A stretch of DNA of 64,000 nt, taken from assembly GCA_002269645.1 (NCBI GenBank), contig NIVC01000753.1, positions 310,001 to 374,000 of the forward strand, written 5' to 3'. Numbering within the stretch: position 1 is the first letter of the stretch; each line of letters opens with the position of its first letter. This DNA comes from Macrostomum lignano. Lineage: Eukaryota. Position numbers and translations under genes: made by a program. Shown here in pieces: positions 13,351 through 23,000 of this stretch. The notes beneath the pieces were generated by a model. It saw nothing but the letters and a program-made list of their open reading frames with translations. It was not told the origin of the DNA and ran no database searches.

Positions 13351-16300
13351 CTAATAATAATAATAATAGTTACGCCCTACGCCAGCCACAGAAGTGGCCA
13401 AAAGGGGGGAGCGTCAAATCGCGCGTTTCAGAGCTAGGTCTCTAATGTGCTTCACACCGGCTGCCTGGCTGGGTGCTCGCGCATCTTCAAAAAGGCGGTC
13501 GACGTAGCGGGCTGATCGTCCCTGGCCACGCCTGCGCGGTCCCTGCGGTGTCCACAGCAGGACGTCCTGCAGCGGCTCTGGGCAGTAAGCTTCGGCCCGG
13601 GTGACTTGTCCGGCCAGCCGCAGGCGCCGCTGACTCAGCAGGGCAGAAGGCCGCGTCAGGCCTGTGCGCTTGTACAGGGACTCGGTTGTCTCGCTGCCAG
13701 GGCCGCGGCGGGCGCCGAAAGCGGCGCGGACTAGGGCCGCATGTCCGCGTCGAGCTGAGCCTCAAGCGCCCCGGTCAGCGTCCAGGTCTCAGCATTGTAC
13801 AGCAGGGCGGTCTCAACAACCGCCTGGAACAGCTGGGACCTGGCGCCGTCGGACAGGGCCTCGAAGAGCAGCACCGCCCGCACAGATCGGAAGGCAGCCC
13901 AGGCCTTGCCGCGCCGTCTCGCTAGGTCGTCACCGACGTCCGGCACCAGTCTGCCGAGGTAGACGAACTGAAGGCACTTCGGGAGCGCCGTCCCGGGGCC
14001 GTCGCCGTCTCGAAGTCGAATCTCGGCGGGTAGATCATGCTGCACCGTCAGCACCTCGGTCTTCCTGGCGTTGATGACGAGACCGACCCTCGCCGCCGCC
14101 GCAGTCAAGCCGTCCAGCAGCCGTTGGGCGCCTTCGGCCGTCGAAGACAGCAGGGCAAGGTCGTCCGCGTAGCCAAGGACAGACAGTTTCTTCTCCGGAT
14201 GCCGTCTACTGGTGCGCCTTTGCAGCAGAAAGCCGTCCTCTGATGTCGGCAGGCCGGTCCTGAGCACCCAGTCCATCACCAGCACGAAGAGAAAGGGCGC
14301 CAGAGTGTCACCCTGTAGCACTCCGGACGTCGTGCTAAACAGGTCCGACGGTCCGTCTGGCGTCGCTACCGCGGCGGTGGTGTCCTGATACAGCGCCATG
14401 ATGGCGGAGATCAGCTGCTGCGGCACGTTGTAGGCACGGAGCACGTGAGGCAGCGCGCCGCGCGCCACCGAGTCGAAGGCCTTGAGGAAGTCAACAAAGA
14501 TGACGATAAGGCTTGACTGGTGGATGCGCGCCTCCTCGATGATGCGGCGGAGGGCCAGGATCTGCGTCACCGTACCGCGCCGTGGGCGGAACCCGTTCTG
14601 CTCGTACCGCAGGAACAAGTTCAGCACGGGCTGTAACCGTGCTAATAGCACCCGGTTGAACAGCTTCGCGGTACAGGACATGAGCGAGATTCCACGATGC
14701 TCCTCCTTTCGTGTAGTGCCCGGCTTCTTCGGGATGCCGACGATGTTGGCCTGGGTCCATTCGCGGGGCGCGGGGCCTCCCGCCAGGACGCCGTTCATCA
14801 CGCGGGCCACCTCAGTGGCAACCCTTGTGACTCGCAGCGCCTCGACGGGGACCTCGTCCGGGCCGGGGGCGCGGCCTCCCGGAGCCTTGCGGGCGAATTC
14901 CACGACGTCGGTGCTGGTCACAGGACGGGTGTCGAAGTCCTCCTGCCACGGCAGCGCCACCTCGGGGGGCAGCGGCATCTCGTTCGGCAGAGTCGGCGGC
15001 GGCGCGTTGACAATGGCGGCGAAAAAGGTGCGCAGCTCGTTTCTGCGCTCTTCGGCCGTGTCGCCAGCCAGGTTGAGCGCCGTCTTCTTTTTGCGACCGG
15101 TTAGGGCGTTCACGACCGGCCAGACGACCCTGTTCTGCCGTTCAGGCCCAACGGAGGCGACTGCCCTGATTGCGTCGTCAACAGCGGCTTGCTGTCGACT
15201 AGCGTAGGCGTCTGCCAGGGCTTTCTCGGCATCGGATGTCGGTTGCCTGGCTCGTCGCAGCTGCTCGACTGTGCGGCGGGCCTCTCAGACCTCCGGGTCG
15301 CTCGCCCAAACCGGAAGTTGCCGTGACGCGGGCTCCATAAGCGGCAGAGTTTTAGCAGCGGCAGTGGTGATGGCTGAGCTGATGGTGGCGTAGTCTGGCG
15401 CCTGGCGTAGTCTTGCAAGGCGCGGAAAAATCGTCTCCTAGGGCGTTTTGGTGGCCTGTACAGCGGGTCAGAGAACCTCAGGTCGCAGTAGAGAAGGCGA
15501 TGGTCGGACCGGACAGCCAGGGGTTCCACTGTGTCACAGTTCTGCAGCTGACTGCGTTCGCGGTGTCGAACCAGCATGTGGTCAAGCTGTGCCAGGCGGG
15601 TCGTGGCGAGTCGGCCTCGCGCATTCTGTTTCCTTCGCTTGCAGCCGGCGAATGTTGCCAGCCGGTTGGGTGGTTTGCGGAAGCGCGTGTTGGCCGACAC
15701 CAGGTCGAGCCTCGCCATCAGGTCCGCTAGCGCGGCGGTGTTGGCGTTCTGGCGTGGCGACACAAACGGGCAGCGCTCGGACCGCGGTGCCACGGCGTTG
15801 AGGTCACTAAGCACCACCACAGTGTCGCGGTGCGCCACCAACTCGAGCTGCTCGGACAGGCGCTCGAAGAACTCCTGTGCCTCCTGCTGATGGGCAGCCG
15901 TGGGAGCGTACGCACAGAACAGCCGCGCATTGCAGTGGCGCAGCCTCACGTCCACGCGCAGCAGTCGGGCTGACAAGCTGACGCAGCAGACGCTCTCGCG
16001 TAGCCGTGGTCCGACGAGCGCGCCGACTCCTCCGCGGCCTCTGCTGTCCGCTGACGTGTAGTGCAGCGTCCAGCCGGCCCCCAGTTCTTCACGGTGAAGT
16101 CCAGACTCAGCAGTGATTGACAACTCCTGCAGCATGACGAGGTCTAGCCGCAGGTCAGATGCCAGCAGTGCGAGCATGCCCCTTCTCCAGGCGGACTTCA
16201 GTGTTCGGCAGTTAAAGGTGGCTAGTCTTAGAGCGCGGTTTGTAAAGGCTGGGGCCCGATGTTGGTGGGCCTCACGGTCCCCGGCGCCACCCGGCAGAGC

Positions 16301-16560
16301 CGACTGGACGGGGGTCGGCGGGTCAGGGTTGCCAGCAGACTGGCGAAGGCGGCCTTTCGTTCGTCCTCGCCGGTTGCGTTCCCTTCGCCGCTCAATGCGA
16401 CGTCGGGCGCTTCGCTGTCCACGCCGTCCTCCTGTCCTGCCGCACTTAGCAGCCGCAGCACCAGGGCGCGGCTCTCCGTGTTGGCCGAGGCAAGCGCTGG
16501 GGGCTCCAGCGTCACCAGGAGGCAGCGGCATTTATTTGCACCAGGGTCCGACGACCAGGG
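13351..16560 (-). mobile_element. RTE-type non-LTR retrotransposon (APE endonuclease + RT), degenerate, (TAT)n tail, nested in another LINE
   Basis: APE motifs ATFNCRTL, MLQE, SDLNA, QLDHML, SDHRLL; RT motifs RGISL, EQNGFR, FVDFLKAFDSV, GVLQGDTLAPFLF, GYADD, FVYLG. Frameshifts near 15400 and 13740, premature TGA near 15285. ORF originally ended at 13414, followed by a short UTR and TAT repeats. Confidence 0.95.
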
Positions 16561-16745
16561 TGCAAATAATTTAACACTGCAAATAATTTAACACTGCAAA
16601 TAATTTAACACTGCAAATAATTTAACACTGCAAATAATTTAACACTGCAAATAATTTAACACTGCAAATAATTTAACACTGCAAATAATTTAACACTGCA
16701 AATAATTTAACACTGCAAATAATTTAACACTGCAATGTTAACACT
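16561..16745. repeat. 17 bp minisatellite TGCAAATAATTTAACAC
   Basis: About 10 near-perfect units at the 5' junction of the RTE insertion. Confidence 0.97.
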
Positions 16746-17937
16746 GAAAGTAGGATATGCGGATGATGTCACCGCGGTGGCGTCTCGTCCGTCCCCTGAT
16801 ACATTCAGGGACCTTCTTGAAAATTTCATTTACGCCGCTGAGCAATGGGCGGATCGTTGTTGTGGTCTAAAGCGCTCTCTGAGACTAAGACGGCAGCGAT
16901 TATGTTCACTAGCAGAACCAAGTGGCAGATTCGGCCGCTAACGCTTTACGGAAGGGAAATCCCCTTCTGCAAGCAGACTAAATGTCTAGAGATTACCCTG
17001 GACCACAGGCTGAACTGGTCACACGTTTATAGGAAAAGCCAAAAGGCCAGCCAAAATTTTGCGTAGGATTTCCCGGACCTCTGCCATCAGCTCCTCTGCG
17101 GCAGAGCTGCGCCGAAGGCAGCTTAGCGGACGGAAATTTTTTTTTCACTTTGACAGACAAACAGCCCTTCGGGCCCTCTGCCGCAGCACCACCAGCTCCA
17201 GATCCGTCCTGGACTGCAACACCCAGCTCAACGGGCTTGCGCTAGGCAACCAGGTGGAGCTCAGATTGATCCCGGGCCACGCCGGTTTCCTCGGCAACGA
17301 GCGCGCTGAACATGCTGGCCAAGGCTGGCTCCGCCGGCGCGCTGCTGGGGCCGGGCCAAGGGGCCCCAATCCCGCCTCGGTGATCAACTCCCACGTTAAG
17401 CGCTGGACTGATTCCGAGCATCTCCGCAGGTGGCACGACACCCGGAATTGTAGGCAATCCCGTGCTTCCGTTCCCTGCCCCTCTCCTCTCCTGCGTAGAG
17501 CCCTCCTCAGGCTCAACCGCAGAGACCTCAGAGCAGTTAGCATGGCCCTCTCCGGGCATGGCTGCTTCTCTCGCCACCGCTTCCTTCAGGGCCAAGTACC
17601 CGAGGAGCGGTGCCCCTTCTGCCGCTCAGGCAGTGAGAACGCCGAGCACTTTATCTGCCACTGCCCGGTTTTCACCAGGGCCAGGCTCACTCACCTCGGG
17701 CCAAACCCGGTTCTCTCCGACGTTTGCAGGCCCGAGAGCATCCCGCTGCTCGCCCGGTACCTCAGGGACACGGGACGAGCTGAATTCTTCCCCACCGTTG
17801 GTGAGGAGGACCGCGCTGCAGGCGAGACCGACGGGTCCCCCTGAGTGACATCACTTCAACGGAAGTCATTGGTCGCCAGGGGCTAGCGGAATGGGCGGTC
17901 TCCTCCGCCGGATGCACCCTGCAGCTAAGTCAAGTCG
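16744..17937 (+). mobile_element. Internally deleted LINE (LOA/R1/I-like), 3' segment: RT YADD/thumb, RNase H C-terminal part, CCHC knuckle, 3' UTR
   Basis: GYADDV; KTAAIMFT; ITLDHRLNW; ELRLIPGHAGFLGNERAE (RNase H); LSGHG...CPFCRSGSENAEHFICHC; stop at 17844; ends AAGTCAAGTC; several frameshifts and deletions. Confidence 0.88.
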
Positions 17938-18078
17938 TTTCCCGGACCTCTGGAAAAACGAACTGGGATGATGTCTCAAGGACTTCAAGTTAAGCTTGAG
18001 TTAAAATTTAGCTCGGAAGCTAAACCGGTGTTCCGGAAGCTTAGGCCAGTCCCTTTCGCTATCCGAGAGGAGTTTTGA
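17938..18078 (+). mobile_element. Short Ty3/Gypsy pol fragment (pre-RT linker)
   Basis: Translates FPDLWKNELG*CLKDF/KLELKFSSEAKPVFRKLRPVPFAIREEF, resembling the PVFxKxRPVPYA motif upstream of Gypsy RT. Confidence 0.6.
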
Positions 18079-20053
18079 GCATGACTACGGCATCAAGAAA
18101 AGCGCCTGGGTACCTACCACCAACTTCGAAGACTTACACACACCAATGCGTAGTGCATGGTCTCATGCAGTAATAAATCCCTCGACCGGTTCCGAGAAGC
18201 CGAAACTAATCCTACACCATCAACCCGCAGCTCAAAGACACCATCATCCACTCCCCCTCCAAGGAGCTGCTACAGTCAGCAGGGCTGTTTGTTTGTTTAC
18301 TCGACGTCACTGAAAAATTTTGCATTACACCGACTGGGCCTGTTCAGCCGACGTTTGCATGACGTCGTTATCCGTCGATGTAATGTAAAAGTCGATAGAC
18401 GTCAGTAGCGTCGCGCCGACGTCGGATTGCTGCGCGGTTAACACTACAGTACGAGCGTAAAAGAAGACAGCAAAAGAAACAGATTCAATCAGTAATTTTA
18501 TGAGCCCATTACAAAAACTTATTAGAAAACCTACTTGTTTTATTGTGTAGCCCTGCTGGGGTGGAGCCCGCGCTGGCATCGCAATCGGACTTGTCAATAG
18601 CTCATCACTGCATTTATTTTAAATGTGAAACAAGTCGGTATAACAAATACAACATTAAGATTAAGATACATATTACGGTACCTAAATAGAGCTCGAGATT
18701 TGCATAGGTATAAGTATTGAAATATGCGTAAGTTAAAAGACATGCAAAATTTATTGCATATCCTTAAAAGTTCCAATAAACATGAAAAAGTACACTGCAG
18801 ACTTTGCTGACTGGGTATTGGCATGTTGTTACTTGACACTTGTTTTTATCAGGCGTGAGATTTTGTTTTGTAAATCATTTGCATTTTTAATTAGGCCTTG
18901 ATATTGATATTAACTATTAATCTTACTTTGTCAAATTTGTCAATCAAATGCATACTTTTAAAATGGTTTGGATTTGTCTATTACATTTATATTGTTATAG
19001 TTAAAATATATAATAGAAATAATTGATTTCAGAAATACAAATTAATGTGTTTAATAATTAGTCAATAAAGCCTAGGCAAGGCAAGGCTCTAGGCCCTACT
19101 AAATTTTTGTTTGTATTTTTTTAACTTACTTTATAATTATATGGTAAAAATAAAATATAGTTATTTTAATTTATATATAATTTTAGATAGCCATAGGCCT
19201 ACCACTACCATTCTTTAAAATGCCAACCAAATATTAGAATTTTTAGGCTTGGATTAAAATGATTAGCTATATTGTATATAACTAAACAGTTTAAACTAGG
19301 GCCTACCCAAACATAGCTATATTATTGATTGCTAAGACTTGTAGCTTTTAGAAATTTGGTTATTATAATTACATTGTAATTAGGCCCCTAATAGTCTAAT
19401 AAGCCTAGGCTTCATTATTTTATCCTTATTACTAAGCCTAATTTCTTGTAGATTTGAATTCAAGATAATAAAGATAAAACTTTTTACTTTATTTATTCTT
19501 TTACTAAAGTTTTATAGGCCCCTAAGAAAATTCTTTAGGAGAAAGGGTATAGGCCTAGCCTAGTGGTCTAGCATAATGCTTAGATATGCCAATAGCCTAG
19601 GCTTAATTCTAAGTTTATAGCTGTATTAATTTGAGGCTAGATTGAAATTTCAATGTGGATCTATTTACTCATACAATTAGTGCCATTGAAGACCAAATCC
19701 TAAGCTTAGTAAAGTGTACATGTCTAACTGTCTAAAAATAAATAAATAAAGTAAAGACTACTGTAGACTCCTGTATGAGTATGTGCCTATATTATGACAG
19801 CATATATATCCATGTGCTTATATGCCTATTTAGGAGAGTCAGCAGAATAGGGGCCGAGACATTTATGTCTTTACTAGCTATGACAATGTCATTTAAAGTT
19901 AAGTGCCCTGCCTTTAACAAGAAATGAAAAAAATAATCTATAAATATTTAAAAATATTTAAAAATCTATTTTTGACTAGTTTATTTTTTATGTAAGTAAA
20001 GTTTGTGTAGCTAAAATTAGGTTATCAAATGTAATACTAGCTATACAAGCAAT

Positions 20054-23000
20054 ATGCCAACCATTACATTCCAGTCAATCAATAGCCTGGCTAATCCCAA
20101 GCCCCAGCGGTTGGTTTCCGATGCCAATCGACATCTTGGCGACACCAAGCAACAGCAGCAGCAGCAGGCCATGAGCGAGTGGCAAATGGACGACATCGAC
20201 CACGGCCTCGCGGCCAACTTCGAGGGCTCCCTATCTGGCCTGGGCGTCGATCTCGCTGCCTCCTCATTCAACATGTCCGAAGCCATCATGTCGCTGTCGC
20301 CTGGAAAGTTTTTGCCGCCAACCGATGAAGCTGCCACAGATTCGTCCAGCTTCTCTGGCATGGATAATAGACAGTCGGAGTCCATGCAGCAGCAGCAGCA
20401 GCAGCCACCTCTGTTGCACAGCGACAAATTTAACATATCCATGTGCGCCTGCACCTCGCCAGCTATCAAAGTGAATGAGGAGCCACTGACTTATCTTAAT
20501 CAGGGTAGGCGAATTAGTGCTAGTGTTAATTGCAACACTGGTTTACTCTGTGTATGAACAAAACTTATGATCCCCGAAGTTTATGATCCCTAAACTGCAC
20601 AAATCCCCAAACTTTATGATCCCCAAACTGCACAAATCCCCAAACTTTATGATCCCCAAACTGCACAAATCCCTAAACTGCACAAATCCCAAACTTTATG
20701 ATCCCTAAACTGCACAAATCCCAAACTTTATGATCCTTAAACTGCACAAATCCCAAACTTTATGATCCCTAAACTGCACAAATCCCTAAACTGCACAAAT
20801 CCCAAACTTTATGATCCCTAAACTGCACAAATCCCTAAACTGCACAAATCCCTAAACTGCACAAATCCCAAACTTTATGATCCCCAAACTGCACAAATCC
20901 CTAAACTGCACAAATCCCAAACTTTATGATCCCCAAACTGCACAAATCCCCAAACTTTATGATCCCCAAACTGCACAAATCCCTAAACTGCACAAATCCC
21001 AAACTTTATGATCCCTAAACTGCACAAATCCCAAACTTTATGATCCTTAAACTGCACAAATCCCAAACTTTATGATCCCTAAACTGCACAAATCCCAAAC
21101 TTTATGATCCCTAAACTGCACAAATCCCAAACTTTATGATCCCTAAACTGCACAAATCCCAAACTTTATGATCCCTAAACTGCACAAATCCCAAACTTTA
21201 TGATCCCTAAACTGCACAAATCCCAGACTTTATGATCCCTAAACTGCACAAATCCCAAACTTTATGATCCCTAAACTGCACAAATCCCAAACTTTATGAT
21301 CCTAAACTGCACAAATCCCAAACTTTATGATCCCTAAACTGCACGAATCCCAAACTTTATGATCCCTAAACTCATGCTTGGGCACAACCTTGGGATTCAC
21401 TCGGCCGTTTCTATTGGCAACACACACATGTAAGTCGCTATTGGACAAAATAGTAGTCACGTGACTGCTCTCAGCCAATAGCGACTTACATGTGTGTGTT
21501 GCCAATAGAAACGGCCGAGTGAATCCCAAGGTTGCGCATGTATGCCTAAACTGCACAAATCCCAAACTTTATGATCCCTAAACTGCACAAATCCCAAACT
21601 TTATGATCCCTAAACTGCACAAATCCCAAACTTTATGATCCCTAAACTGCACAAATCCCAAACTTTATGATCCTAAACTGCACAAATCCCAAACTTTATG
21701 ATCCCTAAACTGCACAAATCCCAAACTTTATGATCCTTAAACTGCACAAATCCCCAAACTTTATGATGATCCTCGATTGCATTTTAACTCTTTAATTTAA
21801 ATAGTTTACTTGTTTCTTAATTGATATAATTGATTAAATATGTCCTAATGCTAATGGGCAGATATGCAACCGACAGCTCAGCCGCAGCTATTTGCGCGGG
21901 CGCATCTGAAGGCTGCGTACGGCTGTTCAGTCGAAAGACTGGGGTTCGCCACGCACCCTCAATACCCCAGCTAATGCTGGCACCCATTTTACAGCTGGGT
22001 GAACTGAGCAATGCAGGGTTAATTGTCTTGCTCAAGGACACATTGTTCCGAGTGGGTCGGGAATAGAACCCCCGACTTTTCAGCCGTAAGTCCGACACTA
22101 ACCACTAGGCTACAACCCTTTTTAGTATACCCCTTTCGCATTATACCATATTAACATACTACTTGCATTATACTATTTAGTATTTATTGGTATTTTTATT
22201 CATTCAAGGTACTTTTTCTGTCATTTTTCTTTCTCCTCAGGTCATCCATACGAAGTGAAACTGTCCTACTATGGAAACGGAGAGAAATCTCGACTGTTTA
22301 GAGTAAGTCTGTTACTGCCAGCAGTACTAGTGTCCATAAGCTTCTGACAACTGAAGTCTTTAGCACAATTTTATTGCAGATACTTTACTAAGCCACCTTA
22401 CCTATAGAATCGCCTTCAATCCACCCTATAGAATCGCCCGCAATTCACTCTATAGAACCGTCCTCAAACCACCCTAAAGAATCGCCCTCAATCCACCCTA
22501 TAGAACCGTCCTCAAACCACCCTATAGAATCGTCCTCAATCCACCCGATAGAATCGTCCTCAATCCACCCTATAGAACCGTCCTCAATCCACCCTATAGA
22601 ATCGCCATCAATCCACCCTATAGAATCGCCATCAATCCACCCTATAGAACCGTCCTCAAACCACCGTATAGAACCGTCCTCAATCCACCCGATAGAATCG
22701 CCCTCAATCCACCCTATAGAACCGTCCTCAAACCACACTATAGAATCGCCCTCAATCCACCCTTGCCAGAGCGTGTTCCGCATCAGCTTCCACGAGCGCC
22801 GGATGCAGTTCATGGAGAAGGAGCACCTGGATTACTGGCGCCAGAGCAGGCCTGGCGAGCGTATCCTGGACATTGACATCCCGCTATCATACAACCTGAG
22901 CGACGTGAAGATCAGTCCTGCTCATATTAACATGGCCGAGGTGATATGGGAAGGCGGCAAAAGTCGCGTCGGCGACAGCAGCTCAGACTGCGGCGTATTC

